From Verrucomicrobiales bacterium (GTDB lineage Bacteria > Verrucomicrobiota > Verrucomicrobiia > Limisphaerales > UBA9464), in NCBI GenBank assembly GCA_005801385.1, contig SYEM01000213.1:1-44421 (forward strand): a stretch of 44,421 bases of DNA, given 5' to 3'. A program made the position numbers and the translations under genes. Shown here piece after piece: positions 1 through 10,400 of the stretch. Under the pieces are notes generated by a model, which worked only from the letters and a program-made list of their open reading frames with translations, ran no database searches and was not told the origin of the DNA. Numbering within the stretch: the first letter of the stretch is position 1; the number at the start of each line of letters is the position of its first letter.

Positions 1-1
1 C

Positions 2-532
<531 letters not shown>

Positions 533-646
533 CACAGAGCCAAGGGCGGAGGTCCAGGGGCGGGGCGAGGAAGGTTTAGGGTTCAGTCGGGGTGGCACCT
601 TCCCACGCCGGTTCCCTCGGCCGATCCGCCTGCATCGACTCACAAC

Positions 647-2818
647 ATGCCACCTCCCCGACGCTCCGTGCCTGCCACCAAGAAAACCCGCCCAACCCAC
701 GGGGAGACCCGGTTCTTCAACCGGGAACTGAGCTGGCTAGAGTTCAACCAGCGTGTGCTGGACGAGGCGCTGGACGGGCGCAACCCCCTGCTCGAACGCC
801 TGAAGTTCTTCTGCATCGTCAACTCGAACCTCGATGAGTTCTTCGAGGTCCGCGTCGCCGGTCTCAAGCAGATGGTTTCCGAGGGCCTGTCCGAGCCCAC
901 CCCAGATGGCCTCACCGCCGCACAGACCCTCCAAAGGGTCCGGGACCGCGTGAGCCGTCTCATCGGCGATGCCAATCGCTGCTGGCGTGAGGAGATCCGG
1001 CCTGCCCTGGACCGCCACGGCATCCGGTTCCTGGAGCCCTCGGAGGTGCCGGTGGCCGACCGGGAATGGCTCAAGACCTACTACCGGGAAAGCGTCTCAC
1101 CGGTCCTCACTCCCCTCGCCATCGATCCGTCGCACCCCTTTCCCCAGCTCCTCAACAAGTCGCTGAACCTGATCGTCCGACTGCACGGCATGTTCCATGG
1201 ACAGCTCCGCCGGTGGCTCGCCGTGGTCCAGGTCCCCCGGGGACTGCCACGACTGGTGGAGCTGCCCGGGCGGAGCACGGGAAAGGAATACGTCTTCCTC
1301 AGCCATCTGATCAGCCAGCACCTGGCCGATCTCTTTCCGGGGATGACCCTCGAGGGGTGCTGGAGCTTCCGGGTGACCCGGAACAGCGAGCTGTACATCG
1401 ACGAGGAGGAGGTGCCGAACCTGCTCCGTGCCGTGGAGCACGAGCTGGACAAGCGCAAGCGGGGGGCGGCCGTTCGACTCGAAGTGTCCATCGACTGTCC
1501 GGAGGACATCCGCCGTTCGCTGCTGGAACATGTGGGACTCGGGGCGGAGGACCTCTACGTGGTGGATGGCCCGCTCAATCCCACCCGCCTCATGGCAGTG
1601 CTCGAAGGGGATCACTCGCCGGAGCTGCGGGACCCCACCTTCGTCGGTTCCGTCGCGCCGGATCTACGCCCGGGAAACGACCTTTTCGCCGCGATCCGGA
1701 AGCGCGACATCCTGCTCCACCATCCCTACGACCACTTCGGGACCGTGGTGGAATTCCTGGAGCAGGCCGCGGCGGATCCGAAAGTGCTGGCGATCAAGCA
1801 GACGCTCTACCGGACAGGAGGGGATCCCCGGATCGTGGGTGCCTTGATGAACGCCGTGAAGAACGGCAAGCAGGTCACCGCCGTGGTGGAGCTCAAGGCC
1901 CGGTTCGACGAGGCCAACAACATCCGCTGGGCCCGGGCACTCGAGGAGGCGGGGGTCCATGTCATCTACGGAATCTTCGGCTACAAGGTACACTCCAAGG
2001 TCACCCTCGTGGTGCGGGCCGACGACGACGGGATCCGCCGATACGTCCATCTGGGAACCGGCAACTACACCCCCAACACGGCACGCCTCTACACCGACCT
2101 CAGCCTGCTGTCGTGCCGTCCTGAGCTGGGGGCGGACGGCACCGACCTGTTCAACCTCCTGACCGGGATCTGCCATCCGCAGCCCATGCGTCGTCTCCTC
2201 GTGGCGCCCCACGCGATGCTGAAGCGCCTGCTGGAGCTGATCGACCGTGAGTCGGCCCACGCCCGAAGCGGGCTGCCCGCCAGGATCATCGCCAAGATGA
2301 ACGCCCTCGTGGACACCGAGGTGATCGAGGCCCTCTACCGTGCCTCGGACGCCGGCGTGGAGATCGATCTCATTGTCCGTGGCATCTGCTGCCTCCGTCC
2401 CGGCGTGCCTGGCCTGAGCGAACGGATCCGGGTCCGGAGCATCGTCGACCGCTTTCTGGAGCACGCCCGGATCTGGCACTTCGAGAATGCCCAGCGGCCA
2501 GAGGTGTTCGTCGGTAGCGCCGACTGGATGCCACGGAACCTCCACCGTCGGATCGAAGTGGTGTTCCCGATCGAGGACGGAAGGCTCCGGGACCAGATCG
2601 CCTCCGGGATCCTCGCCGTCGAACTGGCCGACAACACGAAGGCCCGCCAGCTGCAGCCGGATGGCACCTACGTGATGCCCGCGCCGGGACCCAAGGTGCG
2701 ACCCCAACGCGCCCAGGCGGAATTCATGGCCCGTGCAGCGTCTGGCAGGAAGTCCTCCTCCCGGACTGCGCAGACCACCCAGCGCTTGAAGTTCGTGCCC
2801 CGGACTCGACCTACCTGA
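647..2818 (+). CDS. ppk1: Polyphosphate kinase 1
   Basis: FNRELSWLEFNQRVL, NLDEFFEVRVAGL, LLHHPY, KQTLYRT, ELKARFDEANNI, KVHSK, HLGTGNY, GSADWMPRNL. Confidence 0.98.
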   Translation: MPPPRRSVPATKKTRPTHGETRFFNRELSWLEFNQRVLDEALDGRNPLLERLKFFCIVNSNLDEFFEVRVAGLKQMVSEGLSEPTPDGLTAAQTLQRVRDRVSRLIGDANRCWREEIRPALDRHGIRFLEPSEVPVADREWLKTYYRESVSPVLTPLAIDPSHPFPQLLNKSLNLIVRLHGMFHGQLRRWLAVVQVPRGLPRLVELPGRSTGKEYVFLSHLISQHLADLFPGMTLEGCWSFRVTRNSELYIDEEEVPNLLRAVEHELDKRKRGAAVRLEVSIDCPEDIRRSLLEHVGLGAEDLYVVDGPLNPTRLMAVLEGDHSPELRDPTFVGSVAPDLRPGNDLFAAIRKRDILLHHPYDHFGTVVEFLEQAAADPKVLAIKQTLYRTGGDPRIVGALMNAVKNGKQVTAVVELKARFDEANNIRWARALEEAGVHVIYGIFGYKVHSKVTLVVRADDDGIRRYVHLGTGNYTPNTARLYTDLSLLSCRPELGADGTDLFNLLTGICHPQPMRRLLVAPHAMLKRLLELIDRESAHARSGLPARIIAKMNALVDTEVIEALYRASDAGVEIDLIVRGICCLRPGVPGLSERIRVRSIVDRFLEHARIWHFENAQRPEVFVGSADWMPRNLHRRIEVVFPIEDGRLRDQIASGILAVELADNTKARQLQPDGTYVMPAPGPKVRPQRAQAEFMARAASGRKSSSRTAQTTQRLKFVPRTRPT

Positions 2819-2874
2819 GGCCCCGCCCCTCCGCCGGGTGCCGGCCTCCTCGGTGGACTGAGACAAACTTTTCG

Positions 2875-2903
2875 TTGGCATGGGGACGCCGCTTGTCTAT
2901 CTA
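2875..2903 (+). promoter_or_regulatory. Putative sigma70-type promoter for tRNA-Val
   Basis: TTGGCA-N17-TATCTA, ending 13 nt before the tRNA 5' end; the -10 is imperfect. Confidence 0.4.
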
Positions 2904-2916
2904 CACCGAACTTCGC

Positions 2917-2991
2917 GCGAGGTTAGCTCAGTGGTAGAGCACTTGCTTCACACGCAAGGGGTCGCAGGTTCGAAACCTGCACCTCGCACCA
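2917..2991 (+). tRNA. tRNA-Val (anticodon CAC)
   Basis: Acceptor stem GCGAGGT/ACCTCGC, D arm GCTC-AGTGGTA-GAGC, anticodon arm CTTGC-TT CAC AC-GCAAG, T arm GCAGG-TTCGAAA-CCTGC, discriminator A and encoded CCA. Confidence 0.97.
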
Positions 2992-3031
2992 TCCCTCCCC
3001 GCCCCCGGGTCCCACCCTCCCGGGCCTCAGC

Positions 3032-3856
3032 ATGATGCGCTCCTCCGTCACCATTTGCCTCGTCCCGGAAGCCCGTCGCGGCCCCTTCGTCTTCCATGGC
3101 AGCCTCGCCGAGGGCTGCGCCCAGGCCGCGCAGGCGGGATTCGACGCCATCGAACTGTTCCCAACCCACGCCGATGAGGTCCATTCGATGGAACTCCGGT
3201 CGCTGCTGCGTCAGCACGGACTCCAGCTCGCTGCGATGGGCACCGGTGCGGGTTGGCTGACCCGGAAGCTGAGCCTCACCGATCCCGATCCCCACATCCG
3301 GATGTGCGCTCGTGACTTCGCCGGGGCCATCGTCGATTTCGCAGGGGGCTTCGGTGCACCGGCCATCATCGGATCGATGCAGGGACGGGTCGCCGATGGT
3401 GTCCCGCGGGAACAGGCGTTGGCCTGGCTGCGGGAGGAACTCGACCAACTGGGACCGCGAGCCCATGCCCTTGGGGCCCCCCTCCTCTACGAGCCCCTGA
3501 ACCGGTACGAGACGAATCTGTTCAACACCCTCGTCGAGGCCTGCGAGTTCCTCGGCACCCTCAGGACCCGCAACGTCCGGCTCCTCGTCGACCTGTTCCA
3601 CGCCAACATCGAGGAAGCGGATGTCGCGACCGCGATCCGTATGGCAGGCCCCCGGGTCGGCCACGTGCATTTCGCCGACAGCAATCGACGTGCGATCGGG
3701 CTCGGCCACACCGATGTGGCCCCGATCATCGAGGCGTTGAAGTCGATCGGGTACGACGGCCACCTCTCCGCCGAGGTGCTTCCGCTGCCGGATGCCGAGA
3801 CTGCGGCCCGCCAGACGATCCAGAGTTTCCGGAAGTGGATCGGTGGAGGGGTCTAG
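3032..3856 (+). CDS. Sugar phosphate isomerase/epimerase, xylose isomerase-like TIM barrel (D-tagatose epimerase/IolO-like)
   Basis: GFDAIEL, EPLNRYE, DLFHANIEE, HVHFADSNR and LSAEV carry the metal-binding residues of the AP-endonuclease-2 TIM barrel family. Confidence 0.88.
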   Translation: MMRSSVTICLVPEARRGPFVFHGSLAEGCAQAAQAGFDAIELFPTHADEVHSMELRSLLRQHGLQLAAMGTGAGWLTRKLSLTDPDPHIRMCARDFAGAIVDFAGGFGAPAIIGSMQGRVADGVPREQALAWLREELDQLGPRAHALGAPLLYEPLNRYETNLFNTLVEACEFLGTLRTRNVRLLVDLFHANIEEADVATAIRMAGPRVGHVHFADSNRRAIGLGHTDVAPIIEALKSIGYDGHLSAEVLPLPDAETAARQTIQSFRKWIGGGV

Positions 3857-4228
3857 GCTTCCCAGTGGCCCCAGCGGTGTCGGGGCCCTGACACAACCGG
3901 CAAGCCAAGGTCGAAGGACCCACCCGTTTGGGGTGCAGAACCGCTTATCAAACACAACCGTCCGGGACCCTCATCGCGGCTTTTTCCTGATTGCCTTCAG
4001 GAAGGCGTCACCACTCGGAGCCGCCATACCCGACTGGAGCCATTGTTTCAGTCGGGCTGCGTCATCGAGCAATGCTCGCTGAACTGTGGAACGATCCACC
4101 ATCGCCAGATCTAGGGATGGACAGCCATGGGGTGGGACATGGGGACCAAGCCCTGTCGGCCCCTGCAACCGCTCCCAACGCACCGTCCGCAGCACGGCGG
4201 ACGCCTCCGGATTTTTCCCTGATTTCCC

Positions 4229-4256
4229 GTAAGGTTCTTTGAACAGCCGCGACTGA
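4229..4256 (+). promoter_or_regulatory. Candidate ECF-sigma-dependent (autoregulated) promoter
   Basis: GTAAG-N16-CGACTGA just upstream of ATG 4265 of the ECF cassette; resembles the generic ECF -35/-10 layout only. Confidence 0.25.
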
Positions 4257-4264
4257 CAGTGCCA

Positions 4265-4867
4265 ATGCAACTCCTTAGGAGCGAACAGAGGTGGGTCGTG
4301 GTCGGATGGACCGCCGCCTATGCTGCCCTCACGGCCACCGATGCAGCCTCGACCCTATTGGCACTCCGGTCCGGCCGGGGCCAGGAGGCGAACCCCCATG
4401 TGGCGGGTGGGGACCAGGGCTTCAATCTCGAACGCTTCCTGTGGATCAACGGCCTCCTGTTCCTATTCCTGCTGGGGATGCTGATCTGGTCGATCCGGGC
4501 GAGACACAGGGTGGATCCGGTCTATCGCGAACGCCCCCTCCGTGCCTTCTGGAACTGGCTGTACGTGAACCCCTTCTCGGACCGGAACGTCCCTAGGGCG
4601 GCCTTCCACTACCTTACCGGTTCCCTGCTGGTGCTCGGGTTCAAGCTGCTTGCCATGGGGAACAACCTGCTGATCGCAAGCGGCTCGCGGGACCTTCTGA
4701 CACCCGTCGCGAGAGTGGTTTTCCGATGGGTCCCGGGTGCGCCGGGATACTGGGTCCTGATCTTCCTCCTGTTTCTGCCCCTGTGGTGGGTATCGCTGCT
4801 CTGTGCAGGATTCCTTTCCAGACGATGGCATGCGGAGGACATCGGTCGGGCGATGCTTCAGAAGTGA
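4265..4867 (+). CDS. Integral membrane protein, DUF5658-like (about 4 TM helices)
   Basis: N-terminal D-x-x-ST-x-L-x4-G-x-EANP-type motif (TDAASTLLALRSGRGQEANP) plus several hydrophobic segments. Stop lies 2 nt before the ECF ATG. Alternative GTG start at 4259. Confidence 0.65.
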   Translation: MQLLRSEQRWVVVGWTAAYAALTATDAASTLLALRSGRGQEANPHVAGGDQGFNLERFLWINGLLFLFLLGMLIWSIRARHRVDPVYRERPLRAFWNWLYVNPFSDRNVPRAAFHYLTGSLLVLGFKLLAMGNNLLIASGSRDLLTPVARVVFRWVPGAPGYWVLIFLLFLPLWWVSLLCAGFLSRRWHAEDIGRAMLQK

Positions 4868-4869
4868 CC

Positions 4870-5373
4870 ATGCAGACCGGACTCCTCGAACAGCTGCTGG
4901 AGAGCCATCGAGGGATGGTGGATCGGGTTCTCTCAACCTATGAGCGATCTCCAGACGCCCGCGCGGACCTGAATCAGGACGTCGCCATTGCCCTCTGGAG
5001 GACGCTGCCACGGTTTCGTGGCGAGGCCTCGCATCGGACGTTGATCGCCCGGATCGCCCACAACATCGGAGCAGGACATGTCCGCCGCGTGATCCGTCGC
5101 GGTGCCTCCAAACCTATCGATATGGGGCATCCCTCCGAAACCGCGGACCCCGACCAGATCGTTGCCGCGAATTCCCTCCGCGAAGAGCTCATCCTCGCCT
5201 TGGAATACCTTCCCCTGTCCCAACGACAGGTGGTCTCCCTGCACCTGGAGGACTTCAGCCATGCCGACATCGCCGAGACCCTCGGGCTCACCGAAGGCGC
5301 GGTGGCGGTACGCCTCCACCGGGCCCGGGAATCCCTGAGCCAGTGGATGAAAACACGATCCACCGTTCCATGA
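4870..5373 (+). CDS. ECF-family RNA polymerase sigma factor
   Basis: Region 2 DLNQDVAIALWRTLPRFRGEASHRTLIARIAHN; region 4 LPLSQRQVVSLHLEDFSHADIAETLGLTEGAVAVRLHRARESL. ATG 4870 is preferred over the upstream start at 4726. Confidence 0.93.
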   Translation: MQTGLLEQLLESHRGMVDRVLSTYERSPDARADLNQDVAIALWRTLPRFRGEASHRTLIARIAHNIGAGHVRRVIRRGASKPIDMGHPSETADPDQIVAANSLREELILALEYLPLSQRQVVSLHLEDFSHADIAETLGLTEGAVAVRLHRARESLSQWMKTRSTVP

Positions 5374-6032
5374 ACGGATCACCACCATCCTGGAACACTC
5401 TCCGACAGGTCTGGAAACTGGATCCCGTGGCCGGGTCGATTGTCCCGCAAACCATAGATATCCATGCCATCTGCGATGCCGAGACACGACGCCTGCGCCT
5501 GCGGGTGCTGAGCGATTGGGTTTCAGCCTTGATCGGGAGCGGCTTCTTTCTGGCACTGGGAACCCAGGCGGAATCGGTCTGGGGCCGGACTGCCTTCGCG
5601 CTCGTCGTGTTGATGACACTGTTCTACCCGCTGTGGACCCGACATGCCCGTCGATCCCTCTGGCAGGCGTCCGCGGACACACCGCAGGCGTATTGGACTC
5701 TCCGGGCCAACCGCGCCCGCCACACCCTCCACCTCGTCCGGATCGCTCCGTGGGTCTTCCTTGCCGGATGCCTCGTCGGAATCGCCCTCCATCGCGGACT
5801 CCCGGAGACGGACACCTCGAGGATCCAGCCACTGGTCCGCGGATGGATGTTTCCGATCGCTGTGATCTTCCTCGTGCCCATGACCGTCCATGCGATCCAG
5901 CAACGACGGCACCAACAGGGAATTCTCCGGGAGTGTGAGACCGTGCTGGCCGACCTGGCTCCAGAATCCGAAGAACCATCCCTGACTCCTACGCCAGCAC
6001 CGCCTTCACCACCTCTCCATGGACGTCGGTAA
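5370..6032 (+). CDS. Putative membrane anti-sigma factor (about 4 TM helices)
   Basis: ATGA overlap with the sigma stop; N-terminal LRQVW segment followed by four hydrophobic segments. Confidence 0.65.
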   Translation: MNGSPPSWNTLRQVWKLDPVAGSIVPQTIDIHAICDAETRRLRLRVLSDWVSALIGSGFFLALGTQAESVWGRTAFALVVLMTLFYPLWTRHARRSLWQASADTPQAYWTLRANRARHTLHLVRIAPWVFLAGCLVGIALHRGLPETDTSRIQPLVRGWMFPIAVIFLVPMTVHAIQQRRHQQGILRECETVLADLAPESEEPSLTPTPAPPSPPLHGRR

Positions 6033-7443
6033 GACGGAACCGGCGACCCTGGAACTTGTACGTCAGCTGCAGATGGTCGATGCCCATGAGGTGCAGCAAC
6101 GTGGCGTGGAGGTCGTGCACGTGGACCGGGTTCTCCGCGACGCTGTAGCCGAACTCGTCGGTTGCCCCATAGACCATCCCCGGCCTCGCTCCGCCCCCGG
6201 CCATCCAGACCGAGAAACAGCGGGGATGATGGTCCCGGCCGTAGTCGGTCGGGGTCAGCTTGCCCTGCGAATAGTTCGTCCGCCCGAACTCCCCGCCCCA
6301 CACCACGAGCGTGTCTTCCAGAAGCCCGCGCGGTTTGAGATCCTTCAGCAGCGCAGCGCACGGCTGGTCGGTCTCCTTGCACTGCTGACGGATCCCGTTG
6401 GGCAGTCCGCCGTGCTGGTCCCAGCCCTGATGGTACAGCTGGATGAACCGCACCCCGCGCTCCGCCAGTCTCCGGGCCAACAGGCAGTTTGCGGCGAAGG
6501 TCCCCGGTTTCTTCGCGTCAGGGCCGTAGAGGTCGAAGGTCGCGTCGGACTCCTTCGAGAAGTCCATCACGTCCGGAACACTCGTCTGCATCCGATAGGC
6601 CATCTCGTACTGGCCTATACGGGCGTCGATCTCTGAGTCGCCCGATGCCTCCGCCGCGGTCTGGTGAAGGTCCCGCAGACGATCGAGCATGAGGCGCCGG
6701 TTCTGCGGAGAGATGCCGTCCGGGTTGCTGAGATACAACACCGGATCCTTGCCCGCCCGGAACTGCACGCCCTGGTATCGGGACGGAAGGAATCCACTGC
6801 CCCACAGTCGGGCATAGAGCGGCTGGTCCACCTTGCCCCGGGTGATGAGCACCACGAAGACCGGCAGGTTTTCGTTGTCGCTGCCGAGTCCGTAATGGAC
6901 CCACGATCCAAAGCTCGGCCGTCCACTGAGCTGGGATCCGGTCTGGAGGAAGGTGATGGCGGGATCGTGGTTGATTGCCTCACTGTAGAGTGAGCGGAGG
7001 ACGCAGAGCTGATCGGCGACGCCGGCAGTGCGGGGCAGAAGCTCGCTGATCCAGGTCCCTGCCTTGCCATGCTGGTCGAATTTGAAGGCGGAACCCGCGA
7101 GCGGCAGGGACGCCTGGTTCCCGGACATTCCGGTCAGGCGCTGCCCCATCCGCACGGAATCCGGCAGCTGCTGTCCCTGGCGCTCGTTCAACAGCGGTTT
7201 GTAGTCGAACGTCTCCAGCTGGGACGGCCCACCGGCCATGAACAGGTAGATGACTCTCTTGGCCTTCGGGGTGAACGGCAACCGGCCCGTGAGCACCCCG
7301 GGGTCGCCGGCGGCGTGGGCGACGGTGGGATTCAGCAACGACCCGAGGGCGACACCGCCGAGGCCCATGCCGAACCGGTTGAGGAACTGGCGCCGGCTGA
7401 GATCGGTCGCCGGCACATGACCCGTGCAGAGGGAGGCATTCAT
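5989..7443 (-). CDS. DUF1501 family protein (sulfatase-like fold, Tat signal)
   Basis: SRRQFL twin-arginine motif; AKRVIYLFMAGGPSQLETFDYKP, GRPSFGSW, GWDQH, VWGGEFGRT, GRDHH, RLTDVHG. Confidence 0.93.
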   Translation of the reverse strand: MNASLCTGHVPATDLSRRQFLNRFGMGLGGVALGSLLNPTVAHAAGDPGVLTGRLPFTPKAKRVIYLFMAGGPSQLETFDYKPLLNERQGQQLPDSVRMGQRLTGMSGNQASLPLAGSAFKFDQHGKAGTWISELLPRTAGVADQLCVLRSLYSEAINHDPAITFLQTGSQLSGRPSFGSWVHYGLGSDNENLPVFVVLITRGKVDQPLYARLWGSGFLPSRYQGVQFRAGKDPVLYLSNPDGISPQNRRLMLDRLRDLHQTAAEASGDSEIDARIGQYEMAYRMQTSVPDVMDFSKESDATFDLYGPDAKKPGTFAANCLLARRLAERGVRFIQLYHQGWDQHGGLPNGIRQQCKETDQPCAALLKDLKPRGLLEDTLVVWGGEFGRTNYSQGKLTPTDYGRDHHPRCFSVWMAGGGARPGMVYGATDEFGYSVAENPVHVHDLHATLLHLMGIDHLQLTYKFQGRRFRLTDVHGEVVKAVLA

Positions 7444-10400
7444 CGCTTCATCACAAATTCGTCGTGGTTCATCAGCGTGCTCACCACAAGGGTGGCCGCG
7501 GCGAGATCGACCGGCGGCAGGGACGGATCGACCGGTTTCTCACCCGTCTTGAGCAACTGGGCTGCCTCCTCCGGTTTCTGGCTGAAATACGCGCGCTGTT
7601 CCTCGAACAGCTGACGCAGGATGCGGGTCTCGGAGGGCTTAGGGACCCGACCCAGAACCCGCTGGAACGCCCGCTCGATCCGCCCGTCGGCCACAGGATC
7701 CCGCCACAGGGACTCCGCCAGCACCCGGGCCGCCTCGAGGAACTGGGTGTCGTTCAGCAGGACAAGCGATTGCAGAGGCGTGCTCGTGACCTCGCGGTTG
7801 GCGGTGCAGACCTCGCGTGTGACGGCATCGAAGCTCAGCATCGACGGCGGCGGGGCGGTCCGACGCCAGAAGGTGTAGAGGCTCCGTCGGTACAGCTTCT
7901 CCCCGTGGTCTTGGGAATAGCTCTTCCCGGTCCCGGCCTCCTCCCAGACCCCGGGAGGCTGGTACGGCTTGACGCTCCGTCCGCCGATCTCGGGACTGAG
8001 CAGTCCACTGACCGCGAGGGCCTGATCGCGGATCTGCTCCGCGCCAAGGCGATGCTTGGGGCCCCGGGACAGCAGCCGGTTTTCCGGATCCTTGGCCACC
8101 GACTCCGGGGTTCCCTCCGAGGACTGCTGGTAGGTGGCGGATTGGACCATCAGCTTGTGGAGGGCCTTGAGATCCCAACCTGAGCGGATGAACTCGCCCG
8201 CCAGCCAGTCCAGAAGCTGCGGATTGTCGGGCAACTGCCCCTGGGCACCGAAGTCGTTGAGGGTGCCGACGAGGCCACGTCCAAAGTGCTGCTTCCAGAC
8301 CCGGTTGACCGCCACGCGGCTCGTGAGAGGATTCCTTGGATCGGTCACCCAGCGAGCAAACCCGAGCCGGTTCCGGGGCAGATCAGACGGAAACGGCAGG
8401 ATGCGCTCCGGGGCATTCGGCCCGACGGGATCCGCCGGTGAATCGTACGCCCCACGCTTGAGAACGAAGGTCGGTCGACGTCCCGGCATCTCGGTCATCA
8501 CCATGATTTCCCGAGCAGTGCCGACGAGGTCATTCTCTGCGTCACGGAGTTTCTGGACGGCGGCAAAGGCCTCCTGATAGGCGACGTCCTTCCGCGCGAG
8601 ATAGGCCTGGAACGCGTCCTCGAGATCCCCGTCGGCTGAGTACCCCGCCAGGGTCTTTACCTCACCTGGGGTGAGGCAGGTGTTGAAGACCTGAAGTTCA
8701 TCGATCTCCCCATTGCGGAATCCCCGGTCCCGAAACCGTGCCGCCAGGCTGAGTCGGATCGATCCCTCACCCGAATCCCCCCAGGCACCCCGATGCTGGA
8801 TGTCCCGGGTCAGCCGGTCGCGCACCACTTCGGTCTCCAGCGGCAGCCCGTTCCGGTACAACCGGACGCCAGCGGCCCGACTGGAACCGTCATAGGTCAC
8901 CGTGATCTCGGACCAGTCGTTGAGCGGCAGCGGATCCTTGGCGCGGACCGCCAGGGCGTTGCCGGGCCAGAAATGGATCAACGCGAAGAACGGCCGGCCG
9001 TGGTCCAGCACCAGTTCATAGCCTCGGCTGCCGGAATCGGTCCAGGCCTGCGAATAGTGGAGGATGACTGCCCGATCGCGCTGCTCGGTGGGACGAAGCC
9101 AGAGGTCGAAGCTGAACGGCTGGGTCCGCTTGAACTGTCCGGCAACGGGCACCGTGACCGAGTTGTCGCCGCTGAAGCGGAATGCCTGGCCCCATTTTCC
9201 AGGCGAGATCTCCGGACCTTCCGACAGCGATGCCGCATTGGTGCTCATCCGATCCGGCGTCCGGTTGTCGACGATCGCATCCAGCGTGTAGTGGGCCACC
9301 GGGGTCGGCAGGGCTGGCTGCGAACTGGTAGCAGCGAACCTGGTTCGGGCCTCCTGGATGACAACAGCGAGCCGCTCCTCGGCCTGGGCGACCTGACGCT
9401 GGAGCTCCGCATGACGAGCCTTCGCATCCCCTTCCCATCGCAACAGCGTCGGGGTGGGCGTGGCCGCGGTGAAATGGGAATACAACCCGGACTCGTCGAT
9501 GTTGTTGAAGAATGCTGCCAGCGAGTAGTAGTCGCGCTGGCTGATGGGGTCGTACTTATGGTCGTGACAGCGCGAGCATTCGAGGGTGAGCCCCAGGAAG
9601 GCGGTGCCCATGGTATGGACGCGGTCGGCCACGTATTCGTGGCGGAACTCCTCCTCGATGCTTCCCCCCTCGTTGGTCTGGCGATGGAGCCGATTGAAGG
9701 CGGTGGCGAGGATCTGTTCATCCGTGGCCGCCGGCAGAAGATCCCCGGCAAGCTGCCAGGTGATGAACTGGTCGTAGGGCAGGTTGTCGTTGAAGGCCTT
9801 GATCACCCAGTCGCGCCAGGGCGAGAGATCACGATCGGCATCGGTCTGATACCCATAGGTGTCGGCAAACCGTGCGAGATCAAGCCATTCGTTGGCGCGA
9901 CGCTCCCCATACGCGGGCGAGGCCAGCAGACGGTCGATCGCCTGTTCATAGGCCGCCGGCGAGGGATCCCGGACGAACGCCTCGAGTTCCTCAGGAGTCG
10001 GGGGGAGACCGGTGAGGTCGAGCCGGATCCGTCGGAAAAGTCGGGCAGGATCTGCCGGCGGCGACGGCTCGAGACCCGCCGCAGCCAGGCGGGCTGTGAC
10101 AAACTGGTCAATCGGGTTGACGACCCGCACCCCTTGCGGGGCCTTGGGCGGGGTGGATCGGTTCAGGGGCCGAAAGGCCCAGTGATCCCCCCACTCGGCG
10201 CCCTGCTCGATCCAGCGGCGCAGGACCCCCTTTTCCGCCGGACTGAGCTCCAGGTGCGAATCCGGCGGAGGCATGATGTCGTCCGGATCCGTCGTCAGGA
10301 CCCGCTTCATGAGTTCCGAGCCCGCTGGATCCCCGGGTTTGATGATCCAGGTGCCATCCTTCCTCGGCTGGAACAGACCTTCTCGCTGGTCGAGACGGAG

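Noticed and set aside
2917-6032. Integrative element at tRNA-Val
   Set aside because: I found no integrase and no duplicated tRNA 3' end in the window.
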